Shown in pieces: positions 1-7,960 of a stretch of 48,452 bases of DNA. Within the stretch, counting starts at the first letter, position 1, and the number at the start of each line of letters is the position of its first letter. The DNA is from Paludibacteraceae bacterium. GTDB taxonomy: Bacteria; Bacteroidota; Bacteroidia; Bacteroidales; Paludibacteraceae. The stretch spans positions 1 to 48,452 of the forward strand of contig JAEELX010000104.1 in the NCBI GenBank assembly GCA_016282955.1, written 5' to 3'. The position numbers and the translations under genes were made by a program. The notes under the pieces are model-generated. The model ran no database searches. It saw nothing but the letters and a program-made list of their open reading frames with translations, and had not been told where the DNA came from.

Positions 1-948
1 CACATGGATGGCTTGTTAATAGACGAGGTGCAGAATATGCCCGAGATACTTTCGGCGATTCAAGTCGTGGTAGATGAGCATAAAGAAGCCCGTTTTGTGC
101 TCACAGGGAGTAATAATTTTCTTCTAATGCAAAAGATTACGCAATCGCTTGCCGGTCGGACTGCACTCCTCACATTGCTACCGCTTTCGTTAAAAGAACT
201 CACAGAAGCCGAATCGCACTTGTCGCCTTATGAACTGATGTACAAAGGATTTTACCCTGCCGTATGGGCTAAAAAGATACCTGTGGAAGATATGTATAGG
301 CAGTATTTTAACACCTATATACAGCGAGATATACAGCAAGTAATGCATATACGTCACATTTCAGAGTTCCGCAGATTTGTTATGATGTGTGCTTCGCGTA
401 TCGGCACAGAGTTCAACGCACAAAGTATGTGTTCGGAGTTGGGCGTTTCAATACCGACGGTGCAGGAGTGGATGAATGTGTTGGAAGCATCGTATATTGC
501 TTTTCGTTTGCCACCGTTTTATAGGAATATCGGTAAGCGGCTTGTAAAAACACCAAAAATATATTTTTATGATGTGGGATTGGTTTGCTATCTTTTGGGC
601 ATACATAATGCACAACAAGTAGAAACACATCCGTTACGCGGGCAGATTTTTGAAAATATGGTGCTGTGTGATTTAATTAAAAAAGTATATAACGAAGGAA
701 AAGACAATAACCTTTTCTTTTATCGCGACAAAGGACAGCACGAAGTGGATATTGTGCAAGAAGACGGCGTAAATCTATACGCGTATGAGGTAAAACTTTC
801 GTCAACCATTCACACGGATTTCTTCAAAAACCTAACTTATTTTCGTTCGCTTTTTCCCAATGAAACCAAACGAACAATGGTTATCAACACCAGTAGCGAC
901 GAGAACCCAACAGTCGAAAATGGGCATATCCTTTTCACAAATCTTTAA
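1..948 (+). CDS. AAA+ ATPase with DUF4143-type C-terminal domain; N-terminus cut by window edge
   Basis: The frame of track ORF 4..948 stays open to base 1. It starts inside a Walker-B-like LLIDEVQ, followed by FVLTGS and a C-terminal YAYEVK region, the layout of AAA_14+DUF4143 ATPases. The P-loop part lies left of the window. Confidence 0.75.
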   Translation, partial: HMDGLLIDEVQNMPEILSAIQVVVDEHKEARFVLTGSNNFLLMQKITQSLAGRTALLTLLPLSLKELTEAESHLSPYELMYKGFYPAVWAKKIPVEDMYRQYFNTYIQRDIQQVMHIRHISEFRRFVMMCASRIGTEFNAQSMCSELGVSIPTVQEWMNVLEASYIAFRLPPFYRNIGKRLVKTPKIYFYDVGLVCYLLGIHNAQQVETHPLRGQIFENMVLCDLIKKVYNEGKDNNLFFYRDKGQHEVDIVQEDGVNLYAYEVKLSSTIHTDFFKNLTYFRSLFPNETKRTMVINTSSDENPTVENGHILFTNL

Positions 949-988
949 TTTTGCAAAAATTTATACAAACAAATAACCCAAAAAAATT

Positions 989-996
989 TATCTTTG
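989..996 (+). promoter_or_regulatory. Bacteroidota-type -7 promoter box TATCTTTG
   Basis: Exact match to the TAnnTTTG -7 consensus of Bacteroidota sigma-A promoters, about 9 nt upstream of the first hairpin of the structured region. Confidence 0.45.
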
Positions 997-1004
997 CAAC
1001 ACAA

Positions 1005-1257
1005 TTCACGTCCGAAGGGTCGGAGTGAAAAAAATACATATTAACAGCATTACTATTTTTCGCGTTCGAAAAGAAAAAGCCTACGAAACTGATTCTTTAA
1101 CGAAACGGATAATGCTTCACGGAAACGCCTAAATTTTAGGACTTCCAAACAATATCTCAATAGATCGCACCAAGTGTGAACTCTAAGAGATATTGACGGC
1201 GGTTCTTCGTAGGCTCCTCCGTGAACGCGAAATAGAGGTTCACACCTTTTTTTATCC
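1005..1257 (+). ncRNA. Candidate structured non-coding RNA (~250 nt), family unknown
   Basis: 5' hairpin 1005-1029. Nested helices 1059-1067:1223-1231 (9 bp), 1078-1087:1206-1215 (10 bp), 1121-1146 and 1151-1158:1188-1195 (8 bp). Loop 1174-1184 pairs with 1234-1245 (11 bp) and is followed by a T-run at 1247-1253. Strand is inferred from the promoter box and T-run only. Confidence 0.4.
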
Positions 1258-1294
1258 CCGTTTGTGATTGATAGTATGCAAAATACTATCAAGC

Positions 1295-1429
1295 ATGGCA
1301 AAAAACAGCAATCTCAGTCAAGCCAAAAGTGCGAAAAATGACGAGTTTTATACCCAATGGGCATACATGCAAAAGGTGGAACAACTGCCAAATGCTCTGC
1401 AAAACCCACAATCGGGCGAAAGGGAATAA
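1295..1429 (+). pseudogene. N-terminal relic (44 codons) of an EcoRI-methylase-family DNA adenine methyltransferase
   Basis: Translates to MAKNSNLSQAKSAKNDEFYTQ..., the characteristic KNDEFYTQ N-terminal motif of this MTase family. Similarity ends after Q21, with a stop at 1427-1429, 4 nt from the convergent HAD gene. Too short to be functional. Confidence 0.5.
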
Positions 1430-1433
1430 GTAA

Positions 1434-1802
1434 TCAAGCAAGTTGCTGTATCATCCCATATATCTCGCCCCAGTCGGGCAGACCATTGATGTTGCGGTCG
1501 TCGATGTACACGTCTGCCACAATTTTGCGAGAAACGGGATTTTGTGCAGCGAATCGCGGGTTGGAAAGCATCGTGTTTTCTTCGGGGTAGTTGGCATTGA
1601 TGGCATAAAATTCGAGCCCGTAGGAGGCACAAAACTGCACCGCTTCCTCCAACTCTTCGCCCCAACGACACGTCCACAAGATAATCTGATGCCCCTCTTG
1701 CTGCAACTTTTTGAGGGCCTCAAACGCAAAAGGCATCGGCTTGCCAATACGCGGGTAGTCGTTGCTCACAATCGTTCCGTCAAAATCAACCGCAATACGC
1801 AT
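1434..1802 (-). CDS. Small HAD-superfamily phosphatase-like protein
   Basis: Track ORF of 122 aa. N-terminal MRIAVDFDGTIV carries the DxDGT nucleophile motif of HAD hydrolases. Confidence 0.7.
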   Translation of the reverse strand: MRIAVDFDGTIVSNDYPRIGKPMPFAFEALKKLQQEGHQIILWTCRWGEELEEAVQFCASYGLEFYAINANYPEENTMLSNPRFAAQNPVSRKIVADVYIDDRNINGLPDWGEIYGMIQQLA

Positions 1803-1841
1803 AAATTTGCACGATTTTTTAAAAGATATATGTTTTATTGC

Positions 1842-2321
1842 TTAAGCATTTCCCGCTTCTGTATCGTCGTTTTTGAGGTCGCTTTCAATTTTCTGTTTTA
1901 AGGGCTTGCAACTATACAAAAAAATCGCTCCCATTCCAGCCACCCAAATCATCGACCTATACGCTCCCAGCCAATAAAACGCAACGATTCCCAAAATCAA
2001 CGGACTGCCTACCAAAATAATGCGAATGGTACCCCATTTAATATATTCACGATACTTCGCACCGCTATCTTCCAGCGTTTTGAGGATTTTACACTTCTTT
2101 TGAAATAATCCCAAACCTGATGGGATTCCCAGCACAGCCGACAAGATAACCACCGTTTGCAACGCATACCCAAGCGACGATGCCCTATCCAAATGCGGTA
2201 AAATGGGATTTTCGCCCCGCGACACGTAAAACATCACCGACACGAGAACGATTGCCAAAAACATGCAACCGTAATAGTAATAATTGAGTTTTTTCAATGC
2301 TTGTTCTTTGAGATATTCCAT
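1842..2321 (-). CDS. Hypothetical integral membrane protein
   Basis: Track ORF of 159 aa with about four hydrophobic helices. Lies 3 nt downstream of recR on the same strand. Confidence 0.6.
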   Translation of the reverse strand: MEYLKEQALKKLNYYYYGCMFLAIVLVSVMFYVSRGENPILPHLDRASSLGYALQTVVILSAVLGIPSGLGLFQKKCKILKTLEDSGAKYREYIKWGTIRIILVGSPLILGIVAFYWLGAYRSMIWVAGMGAIFLYSCKPLKQKIESDLKNDDTEAGNA

Positions 2322-2324
2322 ACT

Positions 2325-2954
2325 TTATTGATTTTCAACGTAGGGCGTTCGGTTGATGATAGAACGCCCCAACGTTACACCGTCTGTATATTCTAATTCG
2401 TTCCCAACCGCGACGCCACGTGCGAGTTGAGTTACCTTGATTTTATCTGCCATATTGATGCTTTGCAACTTGCGGTAGATGTAGAAATTAGTTACGTCGC
2501 CATCCATCGTAGCCGGAATCGCCAAGATGAGTTCTTGGATGTCTTCCGTCTGGATACGGGTCAGCAACGATTCAATCTCCAACTCTTCGGGTCCGATGCC
2601 TGACGTGGGCGAAATAACCCCACCCAACACGTGATACACTCCATTATACTGCTTGGTTTGCTCAATGGCTAACACGTCTTGGATGTTCTCCACAACACAG
2701 ACCTGCTGATGGTCTCGCAACTCGGAGCGACAAATCGGGCAAATATCGTCTTCGGACACATTATGGCACACGTGGCAATAGTGAATTTTTTGGACTAAAT
2801 CGATGAGCGAATTGGCGAACCGTTCGACCTCTTGCGGTTCACGTCTCAACATATTTAGCACCATTCGCAACGCCGTCTTTTGCCCAATGCCAGGCAAGGA
2901 GGCGAAGGAAGCCACAGCGTTATTTAATACTTCCGAAGCGTACTGGTTGTACAT
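2325..2954 (-). CDS. recR: Recombination protein RecR
   Basis: 209 aa. Has an HhH motif (LPGIGQKTALRM), a C4 zinc finger (CHVCHN...CPIC) and a Toprim-like region. Its start overlaps the rnfA stop by 1 nt. Confidence 0.9.
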   Translation of the reverse strand: MYNQYASEVLNNAVASFASLPGIGQKTALRMVLNMLRREPQEVERFANSLIDLVQKIHYCHVCHNVSEDDICPICRSELRDHQQVCVVENIQDVLAIEQTKQYNGVYHVLGGVISPTSGIGPEELEIESLLTRIQTEDIQELILAIPATMDGDVTNFYIYRKLQSINMADKIKVTQLARGVAVGNELEYTDGVTLGRSIINRTPYVENQ

Positions 2955-3547
2955 TATACAACGCCACTAAAGCCCATAAATGCCATTGCCAACAGACCAG
3001 CCGTAAGGAGTGCAATCGGGGTGCCTTTCATCGTTTCGGGAATCTTGCTCATCTCCAACTGCTCACGAATACCCGCAAAAAGCACGAGTGCCAACGAAAA
3101 ACCGATCGCCGTTGCAAACGCAAAAAGTACACCTGACAAGAGGTTATGCTCAATTCCCATAGGCAGTTTATTCGTACCGTTAGCCACCAAAATTGCCACA
3201 CCTAAGATACAGCAGTTTGTCGTAATCAACGGCAAGAAAACGCCCAACGCTTGGTACAAACTGGGAGAAATCTTTTTGAGGATAATCTCAATCATCTGCA
3301 CCAAAGTCGCAATGACCAAAATGAACAGAATCGTCTGCAAAAACTCAATATGCCAGAGCGTGAGCAACTTCTGCAAAAGATACGTAACCACAGTCGCCAA
3401 GGTCAGCACAAACGTAACCGCAGCACCCATACCCAACGCCGTGTCAATCTTTTTACTTACGCCCAAAAACGGACAGATGCCCAAGAATTGACTCAATACG
3501 ATGTTGTTAACAAATATCGCCGAGATGAAAATAAGTATATATACCAT
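2954..3547 (-). CDS. rnfA: Rnf electron transport complex subunit A
   Basis: 197-aa polytopic membrane protein, paralogous to the adjacent RnfE, in the last position of the rnfBCDGEA order. Confidence 0.9.
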   Translation of the reverse strand: MVYILIFISAIFVNNIVLSQFLGICPFLGVSKKIDTALGMGAAVTFVLTLATVVTYLLQKLLTLWHIEFLQTILFILVIATLVQMIEIILKKISPSLYQALGVFLPLITTNCCILGVAILVANGTNKLPMGIEHNLLSGVLFAFATAIGFSLALVLFAGIREQLEMSKIPETMKGTPIALLTAGLLAMAFMGFSGVV

Positions 3548-3549
3548 AA

Positions 3550-4152
3550 CTATTTACTTTTAATAAGTTTTTGAAAAATTGCCATCAAGTAGCCCAAACA
3601 AATAAACGCACCAGGTGCCAACACAAAGATAAGCGTACCGTATTGACTATCATACAGTTGCAAGCCAAACACGGCACCCGTTCCCAAGAACTCACGCACC
3701 ATACCGATGATGGTCAAAGCCCCCGTGAAGCCAAGTCCGATGCCTAAACCGTCCATAAAACTCAAGCCTACGCTATTCTTTGCTGCAAACGCTTCGGCAC
3801 GTCCCAACACGATACAGTTCACCACGATGAGCGGGATAAACAGACCCAACACGGCATAAATGCCTGGCAGATAGGCTTGCATCACCAACTGCACAATCGT
3901 TACGAAGGTCGCAATCACCACGATAAAAACGGGGATACGCACCTTATCGGGAGTCAGATTTTTTATCAACGACACCACCACATTGGAGCAAACCAGCACG
4001 AAGGTGGTCGCTAAACCCATCGACATACCATTGATGGCACTCGTGGTTGTAGCCAACGTGGGACACATACCCAACACCAACACGAAGATTGGGTTTTCTT
4101 TCAGTATGCCATTCAGAAAAGTTTTTGATATTTTACTCATCGCCTTTTTCAT
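3550..4152 (-). CDS. rnfE: Rnf electron transport complex subunit E
   Basis: 200-aa polytopic membrane protein of the RnfA/RnfE/NqrD-E family in a conserved operon position. A start at an internal Met (4140) is also possible. Confidence 0.88.
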   Translation of the reverse strand: MKKAMSKISKTFLNGILKENPIFVLVLGMCPTLATTTSAINGMSMGLATTFVLVCSNVVVSLIKNLTPDKVRIPVFIVVIATFVTIVQLVMQAYLPGIYAVLGLFIPLIVVNCIVLGRAEAFAAKNSVGLSFMDGLGIGLGFTGALTIIGMVREFLGTGAVFGLQLYDSQYGTLIFVLAPGAFICLGYLMAIFQKLIKSK

Positions 4153-4726
4153 TTGAAGATTCTACATTTGCATCTTGCCCTTTCAAGGCAATATATGCTT
4201 TATTTACGGCTTCTAAGAACGCCCGACTGGAAATCGTTGCTGCCGTGATAGCGTCAATCTCGCCACCATCTTTCGACACCGTCAACTGACCATTTGCCAC
4301 CCGTCCCACGATATTTTGGTTGGGTTTATCGGCATTCTTGAACCATTCCACCATGTGCGTTCCCAAGCCTGGGGTCTCGGTTTGTTCCAAGACAACGTAA
4401 TTCGTGATTTTGTCTTCCTTATCAAAACCCACCAACACTCGCACGACGCCACCAAAGCCGTCTGTGGTTGTTTCTACTGCCGAAGCCAACACATTACCGT
4501 CCTTATCCAACGCATCATAGCATGGATAGTCGCCCAACTGCCGTTCGTTCAACGATTCGTAAGCGGGCAAGACCTGTGCCAATGCCTGTTGTTTTTCGCG
4601 TGCTTTTGCCTCTTCGATGGTATCTTTGGTTGCACCATACACCGAAGCCAAAGCGACTGCCACCACTACCGTTACGAGCGTAAGCGATAGCACCATATTT
4701 TTAAAATTACTTGCTAACTTTGCCAT
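4133..4726 (-). CDS. rnfG: Rnf electron transport complex subunit G (FMN-binding)
   Basis: 197 aa with an N-terminal membrane anchor and an FMN-attachment-type motif (DAITAATISSRA). Confidence 0.88.
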   Translation of the reverse strand: MAKLASNFKNMVLSLTLVTVVVAVALASVYGATKDTIEEAKAREKQQALAQVLPAYESLNERQLGDYPCYDALDKDGNVLASAVETTTDGFGGVVRVLVGFDKEDKITNYVVLEQTETPGLGTHMVEWFKNADKPNQNIVGRVANGQLTVSKDGGEIDAITAATISSRAFLEAVNKAYIALKGQDANVESSNEKGDE

Positions 4727-4732
4727 AGTTTT

Positions 4733-5731
4733 TTATTTTTTCTTTTCGCCAAAACGCTTTGGACGGATTTGATTTAACAAAGGAACACACGAATTCATCA
4801 GCAAAATAGCGAACGACATACCTTCGGGATACGCTCCCCAAGTACGAATAACCATCACCAAAACGCCGATGCCAACGCCATAAATCAGTTTTGCACTACT
4901 TGCCATAGGGCTCGTAACGTAGTCGGTAGCCATAAAGAAGGTACCCAACATCATACCACCTGTCAGCAAGGTTGTCAAGACATACGTGCAGGTAGGTAAC
5001 TCAGCAGGCAAGCCACCGAACCAACCTGTGCAGGCTGCAAACAAAGCCACCGTTGCCAAGATACTTACGGGTATATGCCACGTAATAACCCTCGTCAGGA
5101 TTAAAAAGACTCCACCAATAATCAAGGCACAAGCACTCACTTCGCCAAACGAACCACCGATGAAGCCCGTGAACATATCCCACACATCGGGTAACTTGCT
5201 CACCACACTACCATCGCCGTTTTTCACAATCTGTTTCAGCAACGCCAACGGAGTAGCACCCGTAGTGGCATCTACATACGAAGTGGCAAAGCCCTGTGGA
5301 AGCGGCCAAGTGGTCATCTGAACGGGGAAACTGATGAGCAAAAACACCCGACCCACCAAGGCAGGGTTTAAGAAGTTTTGTCCTAAGCCACCGAACGACA
5401 TCTTCGCCACACCGATGGCAACCAACGCACCTATAATCACTATCCACCAAGGCAGGTTGCTCGGCAAGTTCAACGCCAACAAGAAGCCCGTCAAAACCGC
5501 CGACAAATCGCAGATAGTGGGTTCTTGTTTGAGCAAAAACTTTGCGATTGCCCACTCAAAACCGACACACGCAACGACACTCAAAATCGTTGTTATCAAT
5601 GCTCCCCAACCGAATGCCACAATACTCACGAGCCACGCAGGCAACAGAGCAATGATGACCAAAAGCATATTTTTACGCACACTATCATTGGCATGAAGAT
5701 GAGGTGCAGGAGATACTATCAATTGTTCCAT
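4733..5731 (-). CDS. rnfD: Rnf electron transport complex subunit D
   Basis: 332-aa polytopic protein of the RnfD/NqrB family with the TGATPL flavinylation-type motif. Confidence 0.9.
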   Translation of the reverse strand: MEQLIVSPAPHLHANDSVRKNMLLVIIALLPAWLVSIVAFGWGALITTILSVVACVGFEWAIAKFLLKQEPTICDLSAVLTGFLLALNLPSNLPWWIVIIGALVAIGVAKMSFGGLGQNFLNPALVGRVFLLISFPVQMTTWPLPQGFATSYVDATTGATPLALLKQIVKNGDGSVVSKLPDVWDMFTGFIGGSFGEVSACALIIGGVFLILTRVITWHIPVSILATVALFAACTGWFGGLPAELPTCTYVLTTLLTGGMMLGTFFMATDYVTSPMASSAKLIYGVGIGVLVMVIRTWGAYPEGMSFAILLMNSCVPLLNQIRPKRFGEKKK

Positions 5732-5740
5732 ATCTTTTCT

Positions 5741-7087
5741 CTATTTTTTTGTTTGTCTTGCACGGATAATACCGCCTACTTTGAATTTTCCAAATCGAAC
5801 ATAGTCCAACAAAGGACGATAACTTGGACACGTAAATTGGCAACAACCGCACTCAATACAATCCATGATGTCATGTTGTTCCATCTTATCCCACATCTGG
5901 CTCTCGCTGAATTTAGCGAGCAAATACGGCTCCAAGCCCATCGGACAAGCGTCTAAGCACTTTGCACAACGGATACACTCTTGCGGTGCAATGCGGCGAC
6001 TTTCACTCTCTTGCAAGAAGAGTAAGCCACTCACACGTTTGTTCGAAGGCATATTGATGTTACTCATCGCACGACCCATCATCGGACCGCCACCAATAAT
6101 CTTGCCCGTATCAGCAGGAACGCCACCTGCAAGTTCTATCAACTCGTTCAGTGGAGTACCGAAGCGAACATGATAGTTGCCTGGCTTCTGCACCGACTTA
6201 CCCGTGATGGTTACCACACGCGAGATGAGGGGTTTATTTTTTTGTACGGCTTCATAAACCGCAAAAATAGTAGCCACGTTATCCACCACTGCACCTACCT
6301 CAATGGGCAACGCACCCGAGGGCACTTGCCGACCGATACAAGCATCAATGAGTTGTTTTTCGCCACCTTGCGGATACTTCAATTTCAAAGCCCGAACCTC
6401 CACGCCATCTACCTTCTGAGCCAACTCTTGCATCTTGGCGATTGCGTCAGGTTTATTTTTTTCGATACCGATAATGGCTTTGTTGATATTCAAGGCTTTC
6501 ATCAAAATCTTGATTCCCACCATGATCTCCTCGCCATGCTCCAACATCAACTGATGGTCGCAAGTGAGATACGGCTCGCACTCCACGCCATTAACCACCA
6601 ACACTTCGGCTTTTTTGTCGGGTGGAGGCATCAACTTCACATGCGTCGGGAAGCAAGCACCACCCAAACCCACAATACCCGCTTGGGTGATTTTGTCGAT
6701 GATTTGTTTGCTGTCTAAGTTGCATTCCGAAATAACCGTGGCACTTCGGTCAATGCTTTCGTTCCACTCGTCGCCTTCCACATCGATGAAGATAGCAGGC
6801 ATTTTAAGTCCCCAAGCGTCCAATATCGTATCAATTTTTGCCACCGTACCGCTCACAGACGAGTGCACATTGGCACTAACGAAGCCGTTGGCTTTGGCTA
6901 ACAAGTCGCCCACTTTGACCTTCTGTCCTTTTTCCACCACCACTTCCGCAGGGGCTCCGATATGTTGCACGATAGGGATAATCGCCGTCTTGGGGAGAGG
7001 TACTTCGATAATTGCCTTATGAGCAGAATACTGCTTATAGTCATTGGGGTGTACACCACCTATAGAAAACGTATTTTGCATAATCAA
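5741..7087 (-). CDS. rnfC: Rnf electron transport complex subunit C
   Basis: 448 aa. Has a SLBB/NADH-binding-like core and two ferredoxin motifs (CIRCAKCLDACP, CIECGCCQFTCP). Confidence 0.9.
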   Translation of the reverse strand: MIMQNTFSIGGVHPNDYKQYSAHKAIIEVPLPKTAIIPIVQHIGAPAEVVVEKGQKVKVGDLLAKANGFVSANVHSSVSGTVAKIDTILDAWGLKMPAIFIDVEGDEWNESIDRSATVISECNLDSKQIIDKITQAGIVGLGGACFPTHVKLMPPPDKKAEVLVVNGVECEPYLTCDHQLMLEHGEEIMVGIKILMKALNINKAIIGIEKNKPDAIAKMQELAQKVDGVEVRALKLKYPQGGEKQLIDACIGRQVPSGALPIEVGAVVDNVATIFAVYEAVQKNKPLISRVVTITGKSVQKPGNYHVRFGTPLNELIELAGGVPADTGKIIGGGPMMGRAMSNINMPSNKRVSGLLFLQESESRRIAPQECIRCAKCLDACPMGLEPYLLAKFSESQMWDKMEQHDIMDCIECGCCQFTCPSYRPLLDYVRFGKFKVGGIIRARQTKK

Positions 7088-7938
7088 GCAGGATTTTGAG
7101 GTTCTACATCAGTTTTTCGGGGTGGAAAGTTAACTTCCCATATCGCATTGGTAGGGCAAGCAGCCACACACTTACGGCACAAGCGGCATACGTTGAAGTC
7201 AATGTAGGAGAGATTATTTTCCACCTTAATCGCTCCAAATTGGCACTCTTTTTCGCATTTTCCGCAACCGATACACGCATTTTTGCACGCCTTACGAGCA
7301 ACCGCTCCTTTGTCTTTATTGACGCACGAAACGAATACTCGCCGACTCTTCGGTCCTTTTTTACGCAATTCAATGATGCCACGCGGACACGCCTTGACAC
7401 ACTTTCCACAACTTGTACATTTTTCTTCATCTACAACGGGCAACCCTGTCGTTGCGTCCATAGATAAAGCACCAAAAGCACATGCCTTCACGCAATCGCC
7501 ACAACCTAAACAACCAAACGGACAAGCCGTGTCGCCAGCATACACCGTGTGCATAATCTGACAGGTCTTTGTTCCATTGTACTCACTTGTTTTGGGTCGT
7601 GCCTCACACGTTCCATTACACCGCACGACTGCCACCATCGGGTCGCTCTCCACAGCCGCTAAACCGAGGAAACTCCCGACTTTTTGCATCGTTTCACTTC
7701 CACCTACCGGACACGCCAGCCCTTCTAAGGTTGAAGCCCCCACGCACGCTGTTGCAAACGCACGACAGCCTGCGAAGCCGCAACCACCACAGTTGGCTCC
7801 CGGAAGCATTTCCTGTACAACATCGATTCGCTCATCTTCCACCACGTTGAACTTCTTCGAAACGAAGAAAAGCACGATGGCTGCGAGCAAACCCGTTATA
7901 CCTAAAACACCTAACGATATTAAAATTAATTCCATCAA
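7084..7938 (-). CDS. rnfB: Rnf electron transport complex subunit B (polyferredoxin)
   Basis: 284 aa. Has an N-terminal TM helix and several CxxCxxCxxxCP 4Fe-4S motifs. Overlaps rnfC by 4 nt. Confidence 0.9.
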   Translation of the reverse strand: MMELILISLGVLGITGLLAAIVLFFVSKKFNVVEDERIDVVQEMLPGANCGGCGFAGCRAFATACVGASTLEGLACPVGGSETMQKVGSFLGLAAVESDPMVAVVRCNGTCEARPKTSEYNGTKTCQIMHTVYAGDTACPFGCLGCGDCVKACAFGALSMDATTGLPVVDEEKCTSCGKCVKACPRGIIELRKKGPKSRRVFVSCVNKDKGAVARKACKNACIGCGKCEKECQFGAIKVENNLSYIDFNVCRLCRKCVAACPTNAIWEVNFPPRKTDVEPQNPA

Positions 7939-7960
7939 TGTTTATGTTTAACTAAATTTT

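Noticed and set aside
1005-1257. Considered as a housekeeping RNA (RNase P, tmRNA, SRP/4.5S, 6S) or a retron msr-msd.
   Set aside because: None of the conserved core sequences I know is present: the RNase P GAGGAAAGUCC-type P4, the tmRNA tRNA-like ends and tag ORF, or the SRP domain IV. The shape is a multiloop rather than a 6S rod. No reverse transcriptase gene is nearby, which rules against a retron. This cannot be excluded without a covariance-model search.
1053-1301. An 82-aa minus-strand ORF (TTG start) covering the structured intergenic region.
   Set aside because: It has a non-ATG start, and its frame runs straight through the paired helices. The Arg/Cys/Leu-rich translation has no motif, so the RNA-structure explanation accounts for the region better.
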